Shown here piece by piece: positions 46,506 to 55,404 of a stretch of DNA of 64,000 nt (position 1 is its first letter; the number at the start of each line of letters is the position of its first letter). This DNA is from Terriglobales bacterium (GTDB taxonomy: Bacteria; Acidobacteriota; Terriglobia; Terriglobales; SCQP01). The DNA is taken from contig DATKSZ010000063.1 in the NCBI GenBank assembly GCA_035531375.1, positions 66,021 to 130,020 on the forward strand, given 5' to 3'. Both the position numbers and the translations under genes were made by a program. The notes below the pieces were generated by a model that made no database searches, was not told where the DNA came from, and saw nothing but the letters and a program-made list of their open reading frames with translations.

Positions 46506-47588
46506 GTGCGAGACGATGCCATCCCCGGAGCCGGAAGCGAGCTGAACGCCCGCGAGCGTGTCATCCTGGAAGGGGTGATGGAGGCCTACCTGGCCTCGGG
46601 GGCGCCGGTGGGCTCGCGCGCGCTGGCGGAGAGGCGGACCGACAGCCCCAGCCCGGCCACGATTCGCCACGTGCTGGCCGAACTGGAGCAGAGTGGCTAT
46701 TTGATGCATCCGCACACCTCGGCGGGCCGGGTGCCCACCCACAAGGCCATTCGCTGGTGGCTGCACCAGATGCAGCCGGCCCCGCCCAACCCGGGCGGCG
46801 AAGAGCGGCAACGGCTGGAGCGGGCGCTGCGCGAGGCCAGCGACGAGGCCACCCTGTGGCAGCGCGCCTCCGAGTTCCTCTCCGAGACGAGCCATCAGTT
46901 GGGCATGGTGGCGGTGCAGCCCTGGAAGGACAGCGGGCTGCGCCATCTGCGCTTTTTCCGCCTCACCGAACAGCGCGTCTTGGCCATCCTGGTGGCCACC
47001 GACGGGCAGGTGCGCGAGCGCGTGAGCCGCGTGCCGGAGGCGTATACGCAGGCCGAGCTGGACGCCGCGGCGCGCTTCTTCAACCACAATTTTGCCGGTG
47101 CCACCCTGGCGCGCATTCGGCGCGAACTGCAGCACCGCATCGAGGAGGAGCGTGCCGCTTACGACCACCTGCTCAAGCGGGTGCTGGTGCTGTCGCACTG
47201 CGGCCTGCTGGCGATGCAGAACGACGGCGAGGTTTACTTCCAGGGCGCCAGCCACCTGCTGGTGGGGCTGGATGGGGAGAAGCTGGGCCAGATGCTGGCG
47301 CGCCTGAACCAAAAGGAGCAGTGGCTGCATCTGTTGATGAACATCGGCGCGGGCGATGAGGACCTGCTGGAGTGGGCGACCGGCACGCGTGTGGGGCGTG
47401 GACGGCTGCGGGTGCGGGTGGGACTGGAAGAGGAGCAAATGCCGGAATTTTCCCTGATCACCACCGAGTACCGCCAGGGGGCGCTGGGGATCCTGGGTTC
47501 GACGCGGATGGAATACCAACGGGCGCTGGGGGCGGTGGCGCTGGTGCGGGACTTGTTCGACCAGGTGCTGGGAGGGAACGGGGCATGA
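46506..47588 (+). CDS. hrcA: heat-inducible transcription repressor HrcA
   Basis: LNARERVILEGVMEAYLASGAPVGSRAL is a winged-helix N-terminus, and the gene precedes grpE. The start is GTG. Confidence 0.85.
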   Translation: MRDDAIPGAGSELNARERVILEGVMEAYLASGAPVGSRALAERRTDSPSPATIRHVLAELEQSGYLMHPHTSAGRVPTHKAIRWWLHQMQPAPPNPGGEERQRLERALREASDEATLWQRASEFLSETSHQLGMVAVQPWKDSGLRHLRFFRLTEQRVLAILVATDGQVRERVSRVPEAYTQAELDAAARFFNHNFAGATLARIRRELQHRIEEERAAYDHLLKRVLVLSHCGLLAMQNDGEVYFQGASHLLVGLDGEKLGQMLARLNQKEQWLHLLMNIGAGDEDLLEWATGTRVGRGRLRVRVGLEEEQMPEFSLITTEYRQGALGILGSTRMEYQRALGAVALVRDLFDQVLGGNGA

Positions 47589-48115
47589 GCAGCCAGGAAC
47601 CGGAATTGCCGCCGGTGGATGCGGCGCAGGAGCTGGCGCCGGAGACGGCGGCGGCGGCGGGCGCGGAGGAGTTGCGGCGGGTGGTGGAGGAGCGCGACGC
47701 GCTGCAGGACCGCTTGTTGCGGACGCTGGCGGAGGCCGACAATTACCGCAAGCGCATGCAGCGCGAGCTGCTGGAGGCGCGGGCGCACGCCACCACCGAG
47801 GCGGTGCGGCCCTTCCTGACGGTGCTGGACGGGTTCGAGCGGGCGGCGCGGCACGGCCACGCCCACGCCGGCGACCTGCGCAAGGGCCTGGAGCTGCTGC
47901 ACCGGCAATTGGAGGAGGCGGCGCGCAAGGCGGGCCTGGAGGCGATTGCGGCGCTGGACCAGCGCTTCGATCCGCACCAACACGAGGCCATCGAGATGGT
48001 GGAGACGGAAGCCGTGCCGGAAGGGACCGTGGTGGAGGAGCTGCAGCGGGGCTACAAGCTGAAGGATCGGCTGGTGCGGCCGGCCATGGTCAAAGTCGCG
48101 CGCGGGAAACAATAG
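47585..48115 (+). CDS. grpE: nucleotide exchange factor GrpE
   Basis: RTLAEADNYRKRMQRE followed by FDPHQHEAI. The ATG overlaps the hrcA stop (ATGA). Confidence 0.9.
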   Translation: MSSQEPELPPVDAAQELAPETAAAAGAEELRRVVEERDALQDRLLRTLAEADNYRKRMQRELLEARAHATTEAVRPFLTVLDGFERAARHGHAHAGDLRKGLELLHRQLEEAARKAGLEAIAALDQRFDPHQHEAIEMVETEAVPEGTVVEELQRGYKLKDRLVRPAMVKVARGKQ

Positions 48116-48121
48116 TCCTCG

Positions 48122-49243
48122 ATGCCTGAAAAACGCGATTACTATACCGTGCTGGGAGTGGCCCGCGAGGCGGGGGAGGCGGAGATCAAGAGCGCCTACC
48201 GGCGCTTGGCGATGCAGCACCATCCCGACCGCAACCGCGACAACCCGGAGGCGGAGGAGGCCTTCAAGGAGGCGTCGGAGGCCTACAGCGTGCTGGCCGA
48301 CCCGCAGAAGCGGTCGCAGTACGACCGCTTTGGCCATGCCGGGGTGGGCGGCAACGGCGGGGGCTTCGATCCGTCGGCGTTCGCCGACTTCTCCGACATC
48401 TTTGGCGACTTCTTCGGGTTCGGCGACCTGTTCGGCGCGGGCCAGCGGCGGGGGCGCAAGGGGGCGCAGCGCGGCAACGACCTGCGCTACGACCTGGAGA
48501 TCTCCTTCGAGCAGGCGCTGCACGGCTTCGAGCCGGAGATCAAGTTCCAGCGGTTGGCGGTGTGCGACTCCTGCCACGGCAAGCGCACCCGGGGAGGGGT
48601 GGCGCCGCCGCCGTGCGGGGCGTGCGGGGGGCGGGGCCAAGTGCGCTTCCAGCAGGGCTTTTTCAGCGTGGCGCGCACCTGCGGGAGCTGCGGCGGGGCG
48701 GGGGTGGTGATCCGCGATCCCTGCCCGCTGTGCCGCGGGCAAGGGCGGGTGACGCGCGAGATCAAGCGCACCATCGCCGTGCCGGCGGGGGTGGAGGAGG
48801 GCATGCAGTTGCGGCTGAGCGGGGAGGGCGAGGCGGGCGGCAATGGCGGGCCCGCCGGCGACCTCTACGTGCTCATCCACGTGCGCGCCCACGCCTTTTT
48901 CCAGCGCAAGGGGACCGAGCTGTACTGCGCCATCCCCATCTCGTTTCCGCAGGCGGCGCTGGGCTGCGAGATCCGGGTGCCGACGCCCTGGGGCGACGAA
49001 CTGGCGACGGTGCCGGCGGGCACCGCCAGCGGCGAGGAGCTGGCGCCGCTCAAGGGCAAGGGGGCGCCGCGGGTGAACGCGCGCGGGCGCGGCGACCTGC
49101 ACGTGTACGTGCAGATCGAGGTGCCGAAGAAATTGAACCGCGAGCAGAGGCAGTTGTTGCAGGAGCTCGACCGGCTGATGCCCAACCAGAACGCCCCCCA
49201 CGACGCCGGGCTGTTCGAAAAGGTCCGCGACCTGTTTGGATAG
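48122..49243 (+). CDS. dnaJ: molecular chaperone DnaJ
   Basis: J domain (DYYTVLGV...HPDRN), a G/F region and four CxxCxGxG zinc motifs. Confidence 0.95.
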   Translation: MPEKRDYYTVLGVAREAGEAEIKSAYRRLAMQHHPDRNRDNPEAEEAFKEASEAYSVLADPQKRSQYDRFGHAGVGGNGGGFDPSAFADFSDIFGDFFGFGDLFGAGQRRGRKGAQRGNDLRYDLEISFEQALHGFEPEIKFQRLAVCDSCHGKRTRGGVAPPPCGACGGRGQVRFQQGFFSVARTCGSCGGAGVVIRDPCPLCRGQGRVTREIKRTIAVPAGVEEGMQLRLSGEGEAGGNGGPAGDLYVLIHVRAHAFFQRKGTELYCAIPISFPQAALGCEIRVPTPWGDELATVPAGTASGEELAPLKGKGAPRVNARGRGDLHVYVQIEVPKKLNREQRQLLQELDRLMPNQNAPHDAGLFEKVRDLFG

Positions 49244-49247
49244 GGGC

Positions 49248-49940
49248 ATGGCGCGGCGCCGCTTTTTTGCCACCCGGGTGGCCGCCGGCGAGGCGGAGAT
49301 CGAGGGCGCGGGCGCGGCGCACCTGGCGCGCGTGCTGCGGGTCGCGGTGGGGCAGGAGTACGAGCTGGCCCACGCCGGCCAGGTGTACCTGGGGCGGGTG
49401 GAGCGGGTGAGCCCGCGCGCGGTGGGTTTTCGCCTGCTGGCCACGCTGCCCGCGCCCGCGCCCACGCCGCCGCTGGCGCTGGCGGCGGCGCTGTTCAAAT
49501 TCGACCGCTTCGAGTGGATGCTGGAGAAGGCGACGGAATTGGGGCTGAGCCGCTTGCATCTGCTGGCCACGCGCCGCACCGACCCACGCCTGGTGGCGGC
49601 CGCGGCCAAGCGGCAGGAGCGCTGGCAACGCCTCGCGCTGGAGGCGGCGCAGCAGTCGCGCCGCGCCGATGGGCCCGAGATCGTTCCCGTCCAGACCCTG
49701 GCGGAGTTCCTGGCGGCGCCGCCGGCGGGGGCCAAGCTCCTGCTCTCGGAAGAGCCGGGAGGGGCACCGGTCCCGATCGGCGCCACCAGTCCGCTGACGC
49801 TGCTGAGCGGGCCCGAAGGCGGCTTCGCCCCCGAAGAATGGGCGGCGGCCCAGGCGGCCGGGTTCGCGGCGACCTCGCTGGGGCCGCGCATCCTGCGCTG
49901 CGAGACCGCGATCCTGGCCGCGCTGGCGCGGCTGGGATAA
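49248..49940 (+). CDS. rsmE: 16S rRNA (uracil1498-N3)-methyltransferase
   Basis: The N-terminus is MARRRFF, followed by EKATELG and LLSGPEGGFAPEE. Confidence 0.8.
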   Translation: MARRRFFATRVAAGEAEIEGAGAAHLARVLRVAVGQEYELAHAGQVYLGRVERVSPRAVGFRLLATLPAPAPTPPLALAAALFKFDRFEWMLEKATELGLSRLHLLATRRTDPRLVAAAAKRQERWQRLALEAAQQSRRADGPEIVPVQTLAEFLAAPPAGAKLLLSEEPGGAPVPIGATSPLTLLSGPEGGFAPEEWAAAQAAGFAATSLGPRILRCETAILAALARLG

Positions 49941-49943
49941 GGC

Positions 49944-51851
49944 CTACTGCGGGCCCAGCCAGGCGGCGCGCAGGGCGCGCTCGGCGGCGGTGGCCCCGGG
50001 CCGATCCACCAGCCGGCAGGCGGTGGCGTGCGGGGCCTGCGGGGTGAGGGTGAGCATGAAGGAGGCGCCGTGCTGGCTCACCCCGACCTGCGCCGCCTGC
50101 CCCGGCGGCAGCCGGTCCACCGGCGAGGCGGCGATGCCGCCCGCCCCGGCCGCCGCAACCGGCGCGCCGTTGATCGAAACCAAAACATCGTCGTTGCCGA
50201 AGCCGGCGGCCTCGGCCGGGCTGCCGGGAGCGACCCCGCGCACCACGTGGCCGCCGAGATAAAGGCCGGAATAGCTCTCCACCCCCGCAGCGACGGCGCA
50301 CTGCAGCTCCAGGCCGACCGGGGCCAAATAGTGGTTGTAGGGGATGGGTTGGGTGCCGGCGACATAATCGCGGAAGAACGGGGCGTAGGAGGCGCCGCCG
50401 GCCACCGCCTCCACCGCGTGGTGCACGTCGTCGTCGGTGTAGCCGCGGCCGGGGAGGTAATAGGTGGCGCGCGGGGCGTGGTAGGTGTGGTCCCACAGCC
50501 AACGCATCACGTCATTCAGCGACTTGCGCCCGCCGGTGCGGGCGCGCAGGTCGAGGTCGAGCGTGGCGGCGAGCTGCTCGCCGCGGGTGTAGTAGGAGAT
50601 GGTGGTGATGCCTTGGTTGGTCTGCTGGCGCAGCGGGGTGGCGTCGTGGAACCAGGCGGTGAGGGAAGACTCCTCGGCGCTCATCAGGCGGTAGGCGGGG
50701 GCGGTGAGCGAGGCCCCCAAGCTGCGCCCGAGATTGCTGAGGTAGCGGTCGGCGCCGACCAGGCCGGTGCGCTCCAGGGTGATGTCACCGTAGTACTGGG
50801 TGAAGCCCTCGGCCACCCACAGCGAGGGGGTGGGGTTCTGGCCCTCGTAGTTCCAGGGACCCAGCGCCAGCGGGCGGATGCGCTTGACGTTCCACTGGTG
50901 GAAGAACTCGTGCGCGGCGTCGGCGAGGGCGCCGCGCAGGCCGCGCGCCGTGCCCAGCCCGGCGGGAATGATGATCTGCGTGCCGAACAGGTGCTCCATG
51001 CCGTCGCCGCTGCCGGGATCGAAGTGGAAGAAGAAGGTGTAGGTGTCGAGTTCGTCAGGCGCGATGAGGGCGTTTTCGGCGCGGACGATCTTCTCCAGGC
51101 CGGCGAGCAGGGCGGCACGGTTGGCTTGGTTGCTGCCGGGGGTGGCGAAGTCGTGGATGAGGACGCGGTAGAGCTTGCCGTCGGCGTGGAACTGGTCGAG
51201 GGTGAAGTTGGGGGCGGCCTCGGTGGTGGCGTCAATGAAGATGTCGTAGTTGGGGAACCAGAGGTGGGTCTGGTTGAGCTGGCCCAGCTCATTGAGCACC
51301 TTCCAGCCGGGCGGGGCGAGGATGTCGAGCGTCACCGGGTTGGGCTTGTCGCCGGGCAGAACCATATAGACGGGGCCGCCATTGAGGTTGGCGTGGGTGG
51401 CGTCCACTTGGAAGAAGGTGCCGTCGAGCGGCTTGTTGCCGTAGACGCGGTACTGCCAGCGGATTTGGCGGCAGGCGCCGTTGCGCACCTCCCAGGTGTT
51501 GGGATCCACGCGGACGAAGGGCAGGGGGCGGTCGCCGCGCGCGGGCTGGGCGCCGGGCTGGCAGAAGGCGGCGGGCTGCTGCACATTGACGGCGAAATTG
51601 AAGATGGAGTAGCGGCCGGGGTAGAAGGCGGGCAGTTGGATGCGGGTGGTGGGGGTGGGGGCGGGGGCCACCAGGGCGACGTTGGCCAAGTGGTCGTTGG
51701 GGTGGGTGAGATCCACGGTGTAGTGGAGGGTGGGCAGGGGGCGGACCACAAGCGCGCGCAAGTAGGCGGCGTCGGGCTGGCCGGCCTGGGCCCAGGCGGC
51801 GCACGAGGCGCACAGAAGGCAGAACAGCGCGGCGGCAAGGCGAGGTCGCAT
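49944..51851 (-). CDS. M61 family metallopeptidase with C-terminal PDZ domain, exported
   Basis: A signal peptide, the HEFFHQWNVKRIRP zinc motif, and a PDZ segment (GVAPGSPAEAAGFGNDDVLVSING). Confidence 0.8.
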   Translation of the reverse strand: MRPRLAAALFCLLCASCAAWAQAGQPDAAYLRALVVRPLPTLHYTVDLTHPNDHLANVALVAPAPTPTTRIQLPAFYPGRYSIFNFAVNVQQPAAFCQPGAQPARGDRPLPFVRVDPNTWEVRNGACRQIRWQYRVYGNKPLDGTFFQVDATHANLNGGPVYMVLPGDKPNPVTLDILAPPGWKVLNELGQLNQTHLWFPNYDIFIDATTEAAPNFTLDQFHADGKLYRVLIHDFATPGSNQANRAALLAGLEKIVRAENALIAPDELDTYTFFFHFDPGSGDGMEHLFGTQIIIPAGLGTARGLRGALADAAHEFFHQWNVKRIRPLALGPWNYEGQNPTPSLWVAEGFTQYYGDITLERTGLVGADRYLSNLGRSLGASLTAPAYRLMSAEESSLTAWFHDATPLRQQTNQGITTISYYTRGEQLAATLDLDLRARTGGRKSLNDVMRWLWDHTYHAPRATYYLPGRGYTDDDVHHAVEAVAGGASYAPFFRDYVAGTQPIPYNHYLAPVGLELQCAVAAGVESYSGLYLGGHVVRGVAPGSPAEAAGFGNDDVLVSINGAPVAAAGAGGIAASPVDRLPPGQAAQVGVSQHGASFMLTLTPQAPHATACRLVDRPGATAAERALRAAWLGPQ

Positions 51852-51900
51852 GGAGGTTCTCCGCTTGATCCTGGAATTGTAGCAAGCCGAAGCCAGCCGC

Positions 51901-52722
51901 CTACCAGGGCGCGGGGGCGCGGTCGGGCGCGGCCAAGCTCAGGCCCAACAGGATGGGCACCACCACCAGCAGCGGCGCGTAGAGCCACCAGCAGCGGGTG
52001 GCGACGGTGAAGTCGCGCAGCGGACCGAGCATGTTGCCCCAAGTGGGCCAAGGCTGGGGGAGGCCAAGGCCGACCAACTCGAGGCTGACCTCGGCACCGA
52101 TGGCGGCCGCCAGCAGCAGGGCAAAATAGGTGGCGACGAGGCCGCGGAGGTTGGGCCAGAGGTGGCGCACCAGGATCTGGCCGCGGGTGGCGCCCAAGCC
52201 CACCGCGGCCTGAACAAAGTCCTGCTGCACGAGGTTGCGGGCGGCGCCGTAGAGCGACCAGGCGGCCACCGGCCAGGCGGCGGCGGCGAACAGCACCACC
52301 AGGGCGAGCGCCATGGCGAGCGGGCCGGCGTCGAGCGGCATGGCGGCGCGCACCGCCACCAGGGCAAACATCCAGGGCAGGCTGCGGCAGATCTCGCCGG
52401 CGGCGCGGCCGAGCGCGTTGGCCGTGGGCGAAAGGGCGGCGCCCAGGCCAACGCCAGTGGCCAGCGCCAGCGCCGGGACGGCCATGGCCAGCGCCAGCAG
52501 CGAAGACAGGCCGCTGGCGAGCAGCAGGCGCGAAAACACATCGCGGCCGAAGCTGTCGGTGCCCAGCCAATGGCGCTCGCCAGCGGCGGCGGGCTGCGAC
52601 CAGGTGGGCGGGGCGAGCGTGGCGGCGCGGTCCTGGGCGCGGAAGGAGAGCGGGGCCAGCAGGGGGCCGGCCACCGCCAGCAGCAGCCAGAGCAGCAGCG
52701 CGACCCGGCGCAGGCGGCTCAT
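51901..52722 (-). CDS. ABC transporter permease (Opp/Dpp C-type)
   Basis: WLGTDSFGRDVFSRLL and a multi-TM topology. The ATG at 52722 overlaps the upstream permease stop (ATGA). Confidence 0.75.
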   Translation of the reverse strand: MSRLRRVALLLWLLLAVAGPLLAPLSFRAQDRAATLAPPTWSQPAAAGERHWLGTDSFGRDVFSRLLLASGLSSLLALAMAVPALALATGVGLGAALSPTANALGRAAGEICRSLPWMFALVAVRAAMPLDAGPLAMALALVVLFAAAAWPVAAWSLYGAARNLVQQDFVQAAVGLGATRGQILVRHLWPNLRGLVATYFALLLAAAIGAEVSLELVGLGLPQPWPTWGNMLGPLRDFTVATRCWWLYAPLLVVVPILLGLSLAAPDRAPAPW

Positions 52723-53687
52723 GCGCCGGGACCGGGCGCGGCCGCGGCCCGGCGGGGAGCGGCGGCGCGCAGGCGCGGGTTCAGGGCGAGCTGCACCGCC
52801 TCCGACACCGCGTTGCCGACGATGACCACCACGGCGGAGATCAGCACCAGCGCCGCTAGCACCGGCATGTCGCGCGACTGCGCCGCCTGGATGGAGAGCT
52901 GTCCCAAGCCGGGCCAGCCCAGCAGCGGTTCCAGCACCACCAGCTCCACCAGCGCTTGCGACAGGGTCAGCGAGGCCACCGGCACCAGCACGTCGGCGGT
53001 GTTGGGCAGGGCGTGGAGGCAGAGCAGGCGGAGCGGGGAGAGGCCGGCGGCGCGGCCTTGGGTCATGAAACCGCGCGCCGCGACATGGGCGAGCGCATGC
53101 GCGGCCTGGAAGTAGACCGTGGGCAGGAAGGCGAGCGCCAGCACGGTGGCGGGCAACCAGGGGGAGGAGGCGCCCAGGCCGGGCAGCCAGGAGGCCGGGG
53201 CCAGCACCAGCGCCCCCACCGCCAGCACCCCCAGCGGCAGGGCGGTGAGCAGCGAGGCGGCGCCATGGAAGGCCAGCTCGAGCCCCCGCCGCAGGCGCCA
53301 GCGCGCCAGCTCGCCCATCCAGGCTGGGATCAAGGCCAACAACAGTCCGGCGCACCACGCCAGCCCCAATCCGAGTAGGATAAGTTCCAGGCTGGCGGGT
53401 GCACGCTCGCGCAGCAAGCTGACAACCGGACGATGAAACTGCAGCGAATACCCCCAGTCGCCGCGCACCGCCGCCGCCAGCCAAGCCGCGAAGCGGGCGA
53501 GCAGCGGGCGCTGCGGCAGGTACACGGCGCGCAGATGGGCGAGGGTGGCGGGCGGCACCGCGGGGTCGAGTTCCAGCGCGGTGAAGGCATCGCCCGGCGC
53601 CCATTGCCCCAGGGCAAAGCTCAACAGCAGGCAGGCGAGCAGGGCGGTGGCGGCGGCGGCGAGCCGGAGGCGCAGGCGAGAAGGCAT
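52719..53687 (-). CDS. ABC transporter permease (Opp/Dpp B-type)
   Basis: 322 aa with six hydrophobic segments. The position and length are typical of the first permease of peptide/nickel importers. Confidence 0.7.
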   Translation of the reverse strand: MPSRLRLRLAAAATALLACLLLSFALGQWAPGDAFTALELDPAVPPATLAHLRAVYLPQRPLLARFAAWLAAAVRGDWGYSLQFHRPVVSLLRERAPASLELILLGLGLAWCAGLLLALIPAWMGELARWRLRRGLELAFHGAASLLTALPLGVLAVGALVLAPASWLPGLGASSPWLPATVLALAFLPTVYFQAAHALAHVAARGFMTQGRAAGLSPLRLLCLHALPNTADVLVPVASLTLSQALVELVVLEPLLGWPGLGQLSIQAAQSRDMPVLAALVLISAVVVIVGNAVSEAVQLALNPRLRAAAPRRAAAAPGPGA

Positions 53688-53735
53688 CTGGGGGCCATAC
53701 TACCACTGGCGCGCGCCTGGGCCCGGGGAGCGGGC

Positions 53736-55403
53736 GTGGCCCTGGCGCTGGTGGCGTTCGGTCTGGGGCAAGCCCAGCCACGCCCGGTGAGCGGCGCCCA
53801 CGGCGGTTCGATCACCGTGCCGGTGGGCGCCGATCCGCAGACCCTGAACCCGGTGTTCGCCATGGACAGCACCTCGCAACTGCTGGCCAGCCTGACCATG
53901 GCCGACCTGATGCACATCAACCCGCACACCCTGCAGGTCGAGCCCGCCTTGGCCACCGCGGTGGAGCACCGCAGCCAACGGGTGTGGCTGGTGCATCTCC
54001 GCCATGGGGTGAAGTTCAGCGACGGCGCGCCCTTCACCGCCGCCGATGTCGCCTTCAGCTTCCAGGTCTACACCGACCCCAAACTGGATGCTCCCGAACG
54101 CGCCCTGCTCACCATCCAGGGGGCGCCGATCCGCTGCAAGGTGCTGGCCCCCGACGAGGTGGAGCTGGATCTGCCCGGGCCGATCGCGGTGGGCAACCGG
54201 CTGTTCGACAGCGTGTGGATGCTGCCCCGCCACCTTCTGCTCCACGCCTACCGCGCCGGGACGCTGGCGCACGCCTGGTCGGCGGGGACCAATCCGGAGG
54301 AGATGGCGGGGCTGGGCGCGTTTCGCCTGGCTGGCTTCGAGCCCGGGCGCGAGGTGACTTTGGAGCGCAACCCGTACTACTGGCGCACCGATGCCGGCGG
54401 GAAGCGGCTGCCGTTTCTCGATGCCGTCCACCTGAGCGTGGTCTCCGATCCCAGCCTGCGGCTGGAGCTGTTCCTGCGCGGGCAAGTGGACGGACTGGAG
54501 TCGTTGAACAGCGCCGACTTCGACCGCCTGCGCGGCAACCGCTGCTGCCGGCTGCTGGACGCCGGCCCCGGCTTGAACTCGGAGGTGCTGGTGTTCAACC
54601 AAGCGCCCACGCCGGCGGGAACCAGCGCGCCGGCGCGGGCCTGGTTTCGCCAGACCGCCTTTCGCCAGGCGGTGTCGGAGGCGGTGGACCGCGCCAACCT
54701 GGCGCGCAACGTCTACTATGGGCTGGCGGCGCCGCTGGCCTCGCTCACCAGCCCCAGCGCCGGGATTTGGGCCGATCCGGCCCCGGCCCAGCGGGTGGAC
54801 GACGCCGAGGCGCTCGCCACCTTGCGCGCCGCCGGCTACCAATACCGCCAAGGGCGACTCTACGACCCCGGCGGGCGGGCGGTGGCGTTTTCGCTCATCG
54901 TACCCTCCTCCAACGCCGAGCGCATGCAGATTGCGGTGTTTCTGCAGGAGGATCTGCGCCGCATCGGCATGGCGGTGGAGGTGGTGCCGCTCGATTTCGC
55001 CTCCTATCTGCAGCGCCTGATCAACCGCCATGATTTCGAGGCGGCGCTGGTCGGCATCCAGGCGCCCGACGCCGACCCCAACACCGAGAGCAACGAATGG
55101 CCGCTCCACGGCCCCTGGCACTTCTGGAACCCCAACCCACAGGCGCCCGCGCCCTGGGAAAAGGACCTGGACCGCTGGTTCCGCCAGCAGTTGACCACCA
55201 CCAACCCGGCGGAGCGGCTGCGGCTCTACCGCCGCATCCAGCAGGTGGAACACGAACAGCTCCCGCTGGTGCCGCTGGTGGCGCCGGACATCTTGGTGGG
55301 CGCCAAGCCTGGCCTGGAAGGGGTGGCCCCGGCGCTGCTGCCGCCCCACTTGCTGTGGAACGCCGACGAGCTGCATTGGGCCCCCGGGGCGAGCGGGCGC
55401 TGA
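53736..55403 (+). CDS. ABC transporter substrate-binding protein, family 5 (peptide/nickel type)
   Basis: Motifs include GGSITVPVGADPQTLNP, LERNPYYW and ADPNTE. The start is unclear: the first canonical codon is GTG 53736, but a signal-peptide-like sequence continues upstream to CTG 53688. Confidence 0.7.
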   Translation: MALALVAFGLGQAQPRPVSGAHGGSITVPVGADPQTLNPVFAMDSTSQLLASLTMADLMHINPHTLQVEPALATAVEHRSQRVWLVHLRHGVKFSDGAPFTAADVAFSFQVYTDPKLDAPERALLTIQGAPIRCKVLAPDEVELDLPGPIAVGNRLFDSVWMLPRHLLLHAYRAGTLAHAWSAGTNPEEMAGLGAFRLAGFEPGREVTLERNPYYWRTDAGGKRLPFLDAVHLSVVSDPSLRLELFLRGQVDGLESLNSADFDRLRGNRCCRLLDAGPGLNSEVLVFNQAPTPAGTSAPARAWFRQTAFRQAVSEAVDRANLARNVYYGLAAPLASLTSPSAGIWADPAPAQRVDDAEALATLRAAGYQYRQGRLYDPGGRAVAFSLIVPSSNAERMQIAVFLQEDLRRIGMAVEVVPLDFASYLQRLINRHDFEAALVGIQAPDADPNTESNEWPLHGPWHFWNPNPQAPAPWEKDLDRWFRQQLTTTNPAERLRLYRRIQQVEHEQLPLVPLVAPDILVGAKPGLEGVAPALLPPHLLWNADELHWAPGASGR

Positions 55404-55404
55404 G

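Noticed and set aside
46400-46510. A CIRCE operator (TTAGCACTC-N9-GAGTGCTAA) in front of hrcA.
   Set aside because: No such inverted repeat is visible here. The only vaguely similar string in the window (TTAGTGCC at about 23741) has no partner half-site.
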